Positions 18,311-27,460 of a stretch of DNA of 64,000 bases are shown piece by piece. Where the stretch lies: contig OY729431.1 of NCBI GenBank assembly GCA_963422395.1, positions 2,112,001-2,176,000 on the forward strand. Reading direction: 5' to 3'. The notes below the pieces were generated by a model that searched no databases, was not told the origin of the DNA, and was given only the letters and a program-made list of their open reading frames with translations. The stretch is from Vicinamibacteria bacterium. GTDB taxonomy: Bacteria > Acidobacteriota > Vicinamibacteria > Marinacidobacterales > Marinacidobacteraceae. Made by a program: the position numbers and the translations under genes. The stretch's first letter is position 1. The number at the start of each line of letters is the position of its first letter.

Positions 18311-19053
18311 GAGAGAGCCTCGACCCCCAGTCCGTGGCCTAAAAAACACCTGTTGCGACCGAAGCTCCGCTTCGGGCGCGGCACAGCGGGGGTATGTGTG
18401 AAAGGGGGTCCACCCCCTTTCACAGAATTCGTGACTCGGAATCCGAAATCGCTGCCTCCGGCAGCAGTTCGGATTCCCGGCGCAGAGCGCCGAGCGTTCC
18501 GGGAGCGGGGCGTCCCGCTCTTCCCACGAGAGTGCGAGACGACATCACGCCCCGAGAGAGAGCCTCGACCCTCTCCGTGGCCTAAAAAACACCTGTTGCG
18601 ACCGAAGCTTCGCTTCGGCGCGGCGCAGCGGGGGTATGTGTGAAAGGGGGTAGACCCCCTTTCACAGAATTCGTGACGCAGAATCCGAAATCGCTGCCTC
18701 CAGCAGCAATTCGGATTCCCGGCGCGAAGCGCCGGGCGTTCCGGGAGCGGGGCGTCCCGCTCTTCCCACGAGAGTGCGAGACGACATCACCCCCCGAGAG
18801 AGAGCCTCGACCCCCAGTCCGTGGCCTAAAAAACACCTGTTGCGACCGAAGCTCCGCTTCGGGCGCGGCGCAGCGGGGGTATGTGTGAAAGGGGGTCCAC
18901 CCCCTTTCACAGAATTCGTGACTCGGAATCCGAAATCGCTGCCTCCGGCAGCAGTTCGGATTCCCGGCGCGAAGCGCCGGGCGTTCCGGGAGCGGGGCGT
19001 TCCGCTCTTCCCACGAGAGTGCGAGACGAAATCACGCCCCGCTCCCGGAACGC
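18311..19053. repeat. Tandem array of three ~243-bp multi-hairpin elements (family B)
   Basis: Units start at 18311, 18556 and 18798. Each has hairpins of the form CCGAAGC-nnn-GCTTCGG, TGTGAAAGGGGG-nnnn-CCCCCTTTCACA, GAATCCGAA..TTCGGATTC and GAGCGGG-GCGT-CCCGCTC, with minor variants. Confidence 0.93.
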
Positions 19054-20133
19054 TCAGTGTTCGAGTCGGTTGACGACCCGGAACACTCCGGGAGTGCTCC
19101 GGGCGATGGACTCGAGGATCCGCGATTCGATGGAGCTGCGCACGACTCCGGTCAGCGCCACCACCCCGCGCGAGACCACGATGTGGATCGGTGGATTCAC
19201 GCGGTTCGCGCGGTCCGAGAATCGCGGGTCCCGGTATATCCGGTAGTACAGGGCGCTCCGGAGGTCCTGGTCGTTGGGGGACAGCGGTAGCACCTCAATC
19301 CGGTTGTCCACGCTTTTCACTCCGAAGACCCGGGCGACCCGGCTCTCGATCTCCGTCTTCTTGAAAGGCTCGGTGACGGCGCCGATGAGCACGATCTCGT
19401 ACGGTTCCTCCATCCCGAAGTTGATGTCGTCGAACACCGTGTAGTACGAGTAGCGCAGGACCGCACGGCGGACACCCTCGACGAGATCCTCCATGCTCTC
19501 CGGCTCGGCGATTTCGAGGTCGGGATCCACTGCAACCACTCCGGCCACCGACTCGGCTCGTTCCACCACCTCGCGCCATTCCCAGGCGTTCGCGACCTGG
19601 CCGGTCAGTCGGACCACGCCTTCGTTCACACTCACGCGGGGATCCTCGGCCTCGAGGTCCGCCGCGGCAATTCCGGCGGCCACCTCAGCGCTCACCGCGG
19701 CATCGGCGCGGGACGCAGTCCCGGGTTCGGCCGCGGGGGGCGGCGAAGCTTCGGCCGCTTCCAACCCCTCTGCCTCCCGGTTCCGAACCGCCGCTTCGCC
19801 CACCTCCGTCTTCCGGTCGCTCGCAGACTCCGACTCCGGATCCGCGGGACCTAGGGGATCGAGCACGACGATTTCGGTTTCGACCGCAGTGACACCCTCC
19901 ACGAAGAGCGCGATCTCGACGACCCGCAAGCGGGTCGCCTCGTCCAGCACTTCGCCGGACAGAATCGCCACGCCGTCGCTCACCTCCACTTCGAAGAGGC
20001 CGACGGCCAGATCGGCCGCTTCGATAGCTTCGGCGATCTCCTCGGTGAGCCGGGTGTCGGACCGGGGCTGCTCCGCAGCGGAAAGGGGAAGCGCCGACAC
20101 GGCGAACAGCAGTAATGGGAACAGGTTGCGCAT
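19054..20133 (-). CDS. Periplasmic BON-domain protein (four BON-like repeats)
   Basis: Signal peptide. Four V..G.V.L.G.V ... GV..V units ending GVTAVETEI, GVVAVDPDL, GVKSVDNRI and GVFRVVNRL. Confidence 0.85.
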   Translation of the reverse strand: MRNLFPLLLFAVSALPLSAAEQPRSDTRLTEEIAEAIEAADLAVGLFEVEVSDGVAILSGEVLDEATRLRVVEIALFVEGVTAVETEIVVLDPLGPADPESESASDRKTEVGEAAVRNREAEGLEAAEASPPPAAEPGTASRADAAVSAEVAAGIAAADLEAEDPRVSVNEGVVRLTGQVANAWEWREVVERAESVAGVVAVDPDLEIAEPESMEDLVEGVRRAVLRYSYYTVFDDINFGMEEPYEIVLIGAVTEPFKKTEIESRVARVFGVKSVDNRIEVLPLSPNDQDLRSALYYRIYRDPRFSDRANRVNPPIHIVVSRGVVALTGVVRSSIESRILESIARSTPGVFRVVNRLEH

Positions 20134-20255
20134 GATTCTCGACCTCATCGTTTTCGGACTTCTCGAGAAACGCAACTGTCATGCCGCAGCACGACTGCGG
20201 GCAGTCCGTTCCCGGAGCGGCGCGAGCTTCCGGACCGGGGTTCTCCCGGTGGGGC

Positions 20256-20386
20256 CCCGGCTGAACCGCTTCGCTCTTCATTGCAAATCCGTCGGAATAC
20301 GCCCGGTATGCCTCCCGATTCGCGCCTTGTCCGCCGGGGGCCTCCCCGATCTCGGGGCTCGCGCCACTTTATCCACAGGCTGCTAG
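20256..20386 (-). repeat. Diverged, inverted partial copy of the family A MITE
   Basis: Reverse complement matches about 125 bp of the 169-bp unit and ends CCACAGGCTG|CTAG. Confidence 0.85.
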
Positions 20387-20396
20387 TCTCGTCCCC

Positions 20397-20885
20397 ATGG
20401 GCGAACGACCCCGCCGCTACTGGCTGATGAAGAGCGAACCCGAGGCCTACAGCCTCGACGACCTCGAGCGGGACAAGACGACTCACTGGGACGGCGTCCG
20501 GAACTTCAAGGCACGCAATCTGATGAAGGACATGGAGATCGGCGACGGAGTGCTCTTCTACCACTCGAACGCCAAACCTCCCGGCATCGCCGGGGTCGCG
20601 CGAGTCTCCCGGAAAGCGTATCCGGACTTCACCCAGTTCGATCCGGACTCGAAGTACCACGACCCGCGCGCCACTCGAAAGAAGCCGTGGTGGTACATGG
20701 TGGACATCGAGTTCGTCTCGCGCTTTCCCGAAGAGATCGCACTGCCGGTGCTCCGCCAGCTGCCCGAGCTCGAAGGCATGGCTCTCCTGAAACGGGGTCA
20801 ACGGCTTTCCGTGCAGCCGGTGACCCCCCAGGAGTGGGCGTTCCTCCTCGATTTCGGCAGGCGCGGCCGAAGCCGCGGCGGCTGA
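20397..20885 (+). CDS. EVE domain protein (thymocyte nuclear protein 1-like)
   Basis: Motifs YWLMKSEP, WDGVRNFKARN, FYHSN and RLSVQPV. Confidence 0.93.
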   Translation: MGERPRRYWLMKSEPEAYSLDDLERDKTTHWDGVRNFKARNLMKDMEIGDGVLFYHSNAKPPGIAGVARVSRKAYPDFTQFDPDSKYHDPRATRKKPWWYMVDIEFVSRFPEEIALPVLRQLPELEGMALLKRGQRLSVQPVTPQEWAFLLDFGRRGRSRGG

Positions 20886-20992
20886 ATTCGGTAGCCCCGC
20901 GGAAACTCTCCGGGCGGCAGGCGGGTCGCCGCGGCGCGTTCACGAGGCCCCTGCCCCGGTACACTTTCCGCTGTTTTCTCTTGGAGGCCTTC

Positions 20993-22297
20993 ATGTTCCC
21001 ACGCGCCGCGCTCACCGCACCGCTCCTCGCCCTCACCGCCGCCTCCGCCGCTGCCCAGGAAGTCGGCGCCTGGGACGACCGCATCCAGGATGCCGTCTCG
21101 CACCATGAGGAACAGTCGGTCGCCTTTCGCCACCAGGTCCACCAGTTCCCCGAACTCGGAAACCGCGAATTCGAGACCGCGCGTCTCGTTGCGGAGCATC
21201 TCCGCGAGCTCGGTTTCGATGAGGTCCGCGAGGGAGTCGCCCACACCGGCGTCGTCGGTGTGTTGCGGGGCGGCAAACCGGGCGCAGTCGTCGCGGTCCG
21301 CGCCGACATGGACGCTCTGCCCGTCACCGAGGACACCGATTTCGAATTCGCTTCCACCGTCAGAACGACATACAACGGTCAGGAAGTCGGGGTCATGCAC
21401 GCCTGCGGGCACGATGTCCACACCGCGGTGCAATACGGAGTCGCCTCGGTGCTCGCCGGAATCCGGGAGGACATTCCCGGAACGATTCTCTTCATCTTCC
21501 AACCCGCCGAAGAAGGCCCCCCGCCGGGCGAAGAGGGAGGCGCCGAGCTCATGGTCCACGAGGGCGTCTTCGACGATCCCCGGCCGCAGGCGATTTTCGG
21601 ACTCCACACCCTGTCCGGACTACCGCTCGGAGTGATCGGGTTCACTCCGGGGCCAGCGCTCGCTGCGGTGGATCACTTCCAGGCGACGATCACCGGCGTG
21701 CAGACCCACGGCGCGCAGCCGCAGGCGGGAGTGGACCCGGTCGTGATGGCGGCGCAGACGATCCTCTCGCTGCAGACCATCGCCTCCCGGAATGTCCACC
21801 CGCTCCAGCCGGTCGTGGTGACCGTAGGCATGGTGAACGGAGGCCAGCGCTTCAACATCATCCCGGAATCCGTTGCGATCGAGGGGACCGTTCGGACCTA
21901 CGACCCCGAAGTGCGTGATCTCGTGGAAAGGCGAATGCACGAGGTGCTCGGCGGAATCACCGCTTCCGGCGGCGGCTCCTACTCCCTGACCTACGACCGC
22001 GGCTCCCCCGCAACGATCAACGATCGGGAGCTCACCGCCGAGAGCATTCTCACGGTCCGGCAGATCGTGGGCGCCGACAACACCCAGGAGCTCGATCCGA
22101 CGATGGGCGGTGAGGACTTCTCCTACTTCGCGAACGAGGTCCCGGGGTTCTTCTACCGGCTCGGGATCCATCGCGAAGGGACCCGGACCGGTCCGCACCA
22201 CTCCCCGTTCTTCCGTGCTGACGACGATTCGGTGGCGATCGGGATGCGGGTGATGTCCAACCTCCTGGTGGATTACCTGCTTCGGAACGCCTCCTGA
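20993..22297 (+). CDS. Secreted M20D amidohydrolase/peptidase
   Basis: Signal peptide. Motifs HQFPELGNRE, RADMDALP, MHACGHD, FQPAEEG and GGEDF. Confidence 0.9.
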   Translation: MFPRAALTAPLLALTAASAAAQEVGAWDDRIQDAVSHHEEQSVAFRHQVHQFPELGNREFETARLVAEHLRELGFDEVREGVAHTGVVGVLRGGKPGAVVAVRADMDALPVTEDTDFEFASTVRTTYNGQEVGVMHACGHDVHTAVQYGVASVLAGIREDIPGTILFIFQPAEEGPPPGEEGGAELMVHEGVFDDPRPQAIFGLHTLSGLPLGVIGFTPGPALAAVDHFQATITGVQTHGAQPQAGVDPVVMAAQTILSLQTIASRNVHPLQPVVVTVGMVNGGQRFNIIPESVAIEGTVRTYDPEVRDLVERRMHEVLGGITASGGGSYSLTYDRGSPATINDRELTAESILTVRQIVGADNTQELDPTMGGEDFSYFANEVPGFFYRLGIHREGTRTGPHHSPFFRADDDSVAIGMRVMSNLLVDYLLRNAS

Positions 22298-22312
22298 CTA
22301 CGGACCGCCGTC

Positions 22313-22835
22313 CTAGCAGCCTGTGGATGAAGTGGCGCGAGCCCCAAGATCGGGGAGGCGCCCGGCTGACAAGGCGCGATTCGGGAGGCATACCGGGTGT
22401 ATTCCGACCGAATCGCAACGCCGAGCCAAGCGTTCAGCCGGGATGCATCGCCGGTCGACGGCCGTGTGACTTCGTCCACAGGCTGCTAACAGCCTGTGGA
22501 TGAAGTGGCGCGAGCCCCAAGATCGGGGAGGCGCCCGGCTGACAAGGCGCGATTCGGGAGGCATACCGGGTGTATTCCGACCGAATCGCAACGCCGAGCC
22601 AAGCGTTCAGCCGGGATGCATCGCCGGTCGACGGCCGTGTGACTTCGTCCACAGGCTGCTAACAGCCTGTGGATGAAGTGGCGCGAGCCCCAAGATCGGG
22701 GAGGCGCCCGGCTGACAAGGCGCGATTCGGGAGGCATACCGGGTGTATTCCGACCGAATCGCAACGCCGAGCGAAGCGTTCAGCCGGGATGCATCGCCGG
22801 TCGACGGCCGTGTGACTTCGTCCACAGGCTGCTAA
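22313..22835. mobile_element. Three head-to-tail copies of a 169-bp MITE (family A) separated by CTAA
   Basis: CTAG|22317-22485|CTAA|22490-22658|CTAA|22663-22831|CTAA. TIRs CAGCCTGTGGATGAAGT / ACTTCGTCCACAGGCTG. Copies look identical apart from one base in unit 3. Confidence 0.93.
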
Positions 22836-24376
22836 CCCACCACCCGAACCCGCACCCGTCGAGCTCCGCCGGGCAGGTAGGCGAGCGGAAGGTCCTCGCG
22901 CTCGACGGTCTCGAGACTCGACGGATCGGCCCCGGCGGCGACCGCCCGAGACTTCGCTTCACGGGTCGCCGTTTCGAACGCCTCCTGGCGGCTGACTCCG
23001 TGGAACACCCGGTCCACTTCGCCTCCGATTCGGGCGATCGCGGCACCGACGGCATTGGCGACGCCGGCGTGCGGGACCGTGACCGTTTCCGAAATCCCGT
23101 CGAGCTCTGGCGGAACCAGAAACGCGGCTCCTCCAACGGCCACCAGAGGACGCTCGCGGGCGTCGGGTTTCATCCGATCCACCGCCTCGGCGATCCGCCC
23201 TCGAACCGCAGCGGCGAAGCGCCGGACGCTCTCCGCGGGCAACCGGGAGACGCGGCGGGGATCCCCGACCTCGGTCCAACCGGCAGCGACTCCGAAGTCG
23301 GTAGCAGTGGGCGTCTTCCCGCCGAAGACGAGCCCCTGCTCCATCAACCGGAACCCCACACTCTCCGGTCCGATCCGAATTCCGTCCGCTGAAACCAGGC
23401 TCCCGCCGCCGAGTGCGAGCGAGATCAGATCGGGCATCCGGAACAGGGTCCGCACCCCGCCCACTTCCACTTCCCGCGGTGCCTCCCGCGGGAAGCCGCC
23501 GCGCAGGTAGCCCACATCGGTGGTGGTCCCGCCCGCATCCACGACCACCGCATCCGCGGCGCCGGAGAGGAAAGCCGCGCCGGTCATGCTGTTCGTGGGG
23601 CCCGAGGAGAGACTCAGCACCGGGAACTCGCGAGCCGCCGAAGCGCCGGCGATCGTGCCGTCGTTCCTGGAGAGGAACAGCGGTGCGCCCGTGCCCGCCT
23701 TCTCCATCGCTTCGGTGAATCCGGCCGCCGCCCGGCCCGCGAGCGGCCGGAGCGCGGCGTTCAGGAGGCCGGCGTTTTCACGGCCGAGCAGTCCGATTCG
23801 GGAAAGCCGGCGAGACTCGGTGATGGACACCTCCGGGTACTCCTCCCGGAGGATCTCGGCGGCCCGGGCTTCGTGGCTCCCGTCGAGCGGAGAGAACACC
23901 GCGCAAAGCGCGATCTCCCGGATGCCGGCCTTTCGGGTTTCGCGCGCCGCTGCGCGAACCGCAGCCTCGTCGAGCGGGACGATGGGCCTTCCGTCACATT
24001 CATGGCCTCCCTCGACCAGGAAGACCGGCCCGCGGACGCGGCGAGCGAGTCCCGGGGGCCAGTCACAGAACGGAGGGAGGGAGGCGCTCGCCGGAAGCCC
24101 GATCCGAACCGCCGCCACCCGCTCGAGACCCGAACCGGTCAGTACCGCGTTCGTGAAGTGGGTGGTTCCGATCACCACCCGGGCGGCATCGGGTGCCCGG
24201 TCCGCATCTCGGAGAACCCCGCGAAGAGCGGCGGCGATCCCCGCGGTGACATCCTCGGTCGTCCGGGTCTTGACCGCAGCGAGCACTTCGGCTCCGCTCA
24301 TCAGCACGGCATCGGTGTGGGTGCCCCCGACATCCACTCCGACCCGCGGGCGGGGCGGCGGCGAAGCGGTGCTCAC
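22832..24376 (-). CDS. Hydantoinase/oxoprolinase family protein (HyuA-like)
   Basis: Motifs GVDVGGTHTDAV, IGTTHFTNA, SGPTNSM, DAGGTTTDVG and GVANAVGAA. GTG overlaps the DUF917 stop. The stop codon is the CTA(A) flank of the MITE array. Confidence 0.9.
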   Translation of the reverse strand: MSTASPPPRPRVGVDVGGTHTDAVLMSGAEVLAAVKTRTTEDVTAGIAAALRGVLRDADRAPDAARVVIGTTHFTNAVLTGSGLERVAAVRIGLPASASLPPFCDWPPGLARRVRGPVFLVEGGHECDGRPIVPLDEAAVRAAARETRKAGIREIALCAVFSPLDGSHEARAAEILREEYPEVSITESRRLSRIGLLGRENAGLLNAALRPLAGRAAAGFTEAMEKAGTGAPLFLSRNDGTIAGASAAREFPVLSLSSGPTNSMTGAAFLSGAADAVVVDAGGTTTDVGYLRGGFPREAPREVEVGGVRTLFRMPDLISLALGGGSLVSADGIRIGPESVGFRLMEQGLVFGGKTPTATDFGVAAGWTEVGDPRRVSRLPAESVRRFAAAVRGRIAEAVDRMKPDARERPLVAVGGAAFLVPPELDGISETVTVPHAGVANAVGAAIARIGGEVDRVFHGVSRQEAFETATREAKSRAVAAGADPSSLETVEREDLPLAYLPGGARRVRVRVVG

Positions 24377-25458
24377 CGGAACAGCGGCTGAAAATCGAAG
24401 TCGAAGCCGAAGGCCCTCGGCCCGACGAGATCGAGCGCTGCCGGGGTCTTGAGCGCTGCCGGAACGTCGAGAGCGATCACCCGCACCCGCTGGCCGTACG
24501 CGATCACTTCGGTCCCGAGCGCCTCTCCGGTCCCGGAGTCCAGAACGCAAAGAATCTCCGGGGTCGTCCCGACGGGCTCGCCGTCACGGAGAGCGACCGC
24601 GAACTCGTTCTGGAAATGGAGATCCATGGTGGCGCCGCGGTCCTCACCGAGCCCCGCGATCCGCGCGGTTCCGCGCAGGAATCCCCGGGTCGTGAGACGC
24701 TCGATATCGGACACTTTCCCGGCGAAGAGCGAAAGTCCGCCCTCCCCGGCGAGCACCGCTTCCACCGGATCCTCGTGCCGCTCACGCGCTCGGCGCAGGG
24801 CCGCGCCGATCCGGAGCGCCCGGGTCACGGACCCCTGGACCGCGAAGTCCTTGACTTCGCGACCAGTCCGCGGAGCCTTCGCGGTGGCGGCGATGGATCC
24901 CACCTCGGTCACCGCAACTCGGCCGAGCCGCTCCTGCCATTTCCAGCTCGCTGCTCGGTCCACGATCACGATGTTGTCCCGGATATCGGCGAGACAGAAC
25001 GGGTAGTTCCTGAGCCCCGCTACTGCGAAGGTGGTCATCTGCGCCTCGGGGAACGCCCGCCCCATGGAGTCGGCATCCACCACGGGAAGCGCGGTCCGCG
25101 CCGCCACCAGGAAACTCTGGAGTGCGTTGGAACCGCCGATCTCGAGCGACATCACCGCCGCGAAGGGCCGACCGAGCCGTTCCGCGAGCACTCGCACCGG
25201 GCGGGCCGCGATCTCGGGATCCGGCAACCGTTCCTCGCCGACGAGTGGAGCCCCCATGGTCGAAACCACCGCCACCAGATGATCGTCGTCGAGTGCCTCC
25301 GACGGGATCAACCGAGGGCGAAATCCACGCTTCGCCTCCTGACGCAGGTTCAGCAGCGAGTGGTATGGATCGCCGCCGCCCCCGGCGCCGAGAATCCAGG
25401 CTCCGGCCGCGAGATCCTCGATCTCGAAGGCATGAAGCTCCCGTTCGCCCGCAAACAC
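24373..25458 (-). CDS. DUF917 family protein (S-methyl thiohydantoin desulfurase-like family)
   Basis: Motifs GAWILGAGGGGDP, MGAP, EIGGSN, VVDADSMGRAFPE and FQNE. Coupled to the hydantoinase gene. Confidence 0.85.
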   Translation of the reverse strand: MFAGERELHAFEIEDLAAGAWILGAGGGGDPYHSLLNLRQEAKRGFRPRLIPSEALDDDHLVAVVSTMGAPLVGEERLPDPEIAARPVRVLAERLGRPFAAVMSLEIGGSNALQSFLVAARTALPVVDADSMGRAFPEAQMTTFAVAGLRNYPFCLADIRDNIVIVDRAASWKWQERLGRVAVTEVGSIAATAKAPRTGREVKDFAVQGSVTRALRIGAALRRARERHEDPVEAVLAGEGGLSLFAGKVSDIERLTTRGFLRGTARIAGLGEDRGATMDLHFQNEFAVALRDGEPVGTTPEILCVLDSGTGEALGTEVIAYGQRVRVIALDVPAALKTPAALDLVGPRAFGFDFDFQPLFR

Positions 25459-25654
25459 CGGCGAGCGATGCTAGGAGTCTGCGCCGCAGGAAGGTTGGGG
25501 CGGATCGGGGGTTCGGGAGCGCGTGGGAGATTCGGGGGTTCGGGAGCGCGTGATCGGAGTCATGGGGCGGGATCGCGCAGTTTTCGGGCGGGAGGGGAGT
25601 TCGGGAAGGCGCTCCGGAGGGCCATTGGGCGCCAGGGCGGGGCGGGGCAGGCGT

Positions 25655-26980
25655 TTACGCTGCCAGCAACCCCGGGAGCCGTCGCAGGTTCAACGCCAGG
25701 CAGACCAGGTCCCACTCTCCTTGCGCCTTGCGCAGCCCCCGGAAGCTGAACCGCCGGAACCCCATCACCTCCTTGATCCACCCGTGGGGCGCCTCGGACA
25801 GCCACTTCCGCGCCGCGTAGATCTTTCGCCCGGCGTGAGCCGCCAGTTTTTCTCTCATCCGGCGGGTCGCCGGGTGATGCTTCGCGGGAGTGCCCGCCGC
25901 CCGCTTCCGCCCTTCCCGTCCGACGGCGACATACCCGTCTATCCCGCGGGTTTCCAGCAGTGCCAGGTCCCGCTCGTTGCAGTATCCGGCATCAGCCAAC
26001 ACCACCGCCGGCACCGCGCCCAACTCTTCTCGCACCCGGTCCAGCAGCGCCGGCAGCTGCCCCTGGTCGCCCGCATTCGCCGTCAGCTGGTTCGACACCA
26101 CCAGCTGGTTCTCTCCGTCCACCGCCATCTGCGCGTTGTAGCACTGCTGGAACCCCTCGGCGCTCGTCTTCATGATCCGGCTCTCGGGGTCGGTGAAGTT
26201 CCCCTGCGCTTCCGCCTTCGGCTCCCCATGCGCGCGCTGGTAGCGCCGACCGTTCCCCGGACTGTGGGTCTGTCCGGGGACCCGCCCCCGCGCCTCGTCC
26301 CGCGCCCGCTGCTCCGCTTCCAGCTGCACCTTCGCCGCCCGGATCGCCGCCAACCGATCCTCCCGGCGCCGCAGCTCAGCCGGCAACTCGTCGCCGCGCC
26401 GCTCCGCCCCGTGGGCTGCGTCCTCCCGCTCGTCGGTCTCTCCCGCCTGCTCCAAATATCCCGCGATCTCCGCCGCAAGCCGCCGCTCCTCGGCCAGCAT
26501 CCGCCCATAACTCATCGCCTTGCGCTTGCTCGCGTTCGCCCGAACCTTCACCCCGTCCAGCGATAGCCTGCCGAAACGCACCAGCCCGCACTGCCGCGCC
26601 ACCCGCACCACCTCGACGAACAACTCCCGGAAATCCCCCAGATGCCGACGACGAAACTCGCAGATCGTCCGGTGCCTCGGGAAGTTCCTCGCCGCCAGCA
26701 TCCGAAACGCCACGTCCTCTTCCAGCTTCCGCGCAATCCCACGCGACGAAAACACCCCCGTCGCATAAGCGTAGATCAGCACCTTCACCATCATCCGCGG
26801 GTCATACGGCGCGTTCCGCCGCCCGTCCCCCGCATACGGCGCGTAGAACGCAGACAAGTCCAGCTCGTCCACCACATCGCTGATGTGATGCGCCAAATGC
26901 CCCTCCGGAACCCACTGCCGCAGATCCGGCGGCAACAAGAGCAGCTGCCCCGGCTGATACTGACGAAAACGCGTGCCCAT
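25655..26980 (-). CDS. IS1182-family DDE transposase
   Basis: Motifs QLLLLPPDL..W..EGHLA, YDPRMMVKVLIYAY..GVFSSR.I, DGVKVRANAS, TDPESRIMK, YNAQ, LADAGY and GFRRFSFRG. Confidence 0.93.
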   Translation of the reverse strand: MGTRFRQYQPGQLLLLPPDLRQWVPEGHLAHHISDVVDELDLSAFYAPYAGDGRRNAPYDPRMMVKVLIYAYATGVFSSRGIARKLEEDVAFRMLAARNFPRHRTICEFRRRHLGDFRELFVEVVRVARQCGLVRFGRLSLDGVKVRANASKRKAMSYGRMLAEERRLAAEIAGYLEQAGETDEREDAAHGAERRGDELPAELRRREDRLAAIRAAKVQLEAEQRARDEARGRVPGQTHSPGNGRRYQRAHGEPKAEAQGNFTDPESRIMKTSAEGFQQCYNAQMAVDGENQLVVSNQLTANAGDQGQLPALLDRVREELGAVPAVVLADAGYCNERDLALLETRGIDGYVAVGREGRKRAAGTPAKHHPATRRMREKLAAHAGRKIYAARKWLSEAPHGWIKEVMGFRRFSFRGLRKAQGEWDLVCLALNLRRLPGLLAA

Positions 26981-27026
26981 CGGAACCATCCCTCCCCGGA
27001 TCCGAGACGCCCTCGCCCCTTTTCCG

Positions 27027-27050
27027 TAAGTGTATGATATAAATGAGTTA
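27027..27050. promoter_or_regulatory. AT-rich element upstream of the transposase: inverted pair of IHF-like sites or promoter
   Basis: TAAGTGTATGATATAAATGAGTTA. Each strand has a 1-mismatch WATCAANNNNTTR match. Confidence 0.4.
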
Positions 27051-27170
27051 TATGCCACGCAACCGTGTCGCCCCCCGGTCCCAACTCCCGAGCAGCCCGA
27101 CCGTCCGCTCGTCGCTACCACCATATGGCCCGCCCCGTTTCTGCGGCGCAGACTGCTAGCAGCCAGCTGT

Positions 27171-27460
27171 GCGATTCGGGGGCGGGGCGTAAAGATCGTG
27201 TTGCGTTTCGAACCCTCTATGGGAAGAGCGGGACGCCCCGCCCCCGAATCGCCCGGCGCTCCGCGCCGCGAATCCGAACTGCTGCCGCTCACGCCCCATC
27301 CCCAGATTCAGTGCGCAACCAAGCTGGATCGGGCGGCAGCGAGTCCGATTCGGTGTCACCAATTCGTGAACGGGGGTGAACCCCCTTTCACACTTTCCCA
27401 CGCTGCGACGCTCCCGAAGCTCCGCTTCGGGCGCAACATGTGTTTTTCCGGCCACGGGCG
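27171..27460 (-). repeat. Inverted diverged copy of the family B element next to the IS end
   Basis: Contains GAGCGGGACGCCCCGC, GAATCCGAACTGCTGCC, GGGGGTGAACCCCCTTTCACA, CCGAAGCTCCGCTTCGG and TGTTTTTCCGGCCACGG. Confidence 0.85.

Larger units (their letters stand above)
25475..27155 (-). mobile_element. Complete IS1182-family insertion sequence (1681 bp) with CTAG target duplication
   Basis: TIRs GAGTCTGCGCCGCAG (25475) and CTGCGGCGCAGACTG (27141-27155) match at 14/15. CTAG at 25471-25474 and 27156-27159. Confidence 0.92.

Noticed and set aside
18311-19053. CRISPR array interpretation of this array and the one at 22313-22835
   Set aside because: Units are 243 and 173 bp with no unique spacers, and there are no cas genes in the window.
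18153-19246. Short repeated ORFs within the repeat arrays (also 22050-22825 and 32891-33166)
   Set aside because: They are by-products of GC-rich palindromic repeats. Indels between copies break the frames and no protein motifs are present.
26981-27292. N-terminal extension of the transposase ORF
   Set aside because: It runs through the IS terminal repeat into flanking DNA. Family similarity starts at ATG 26980.
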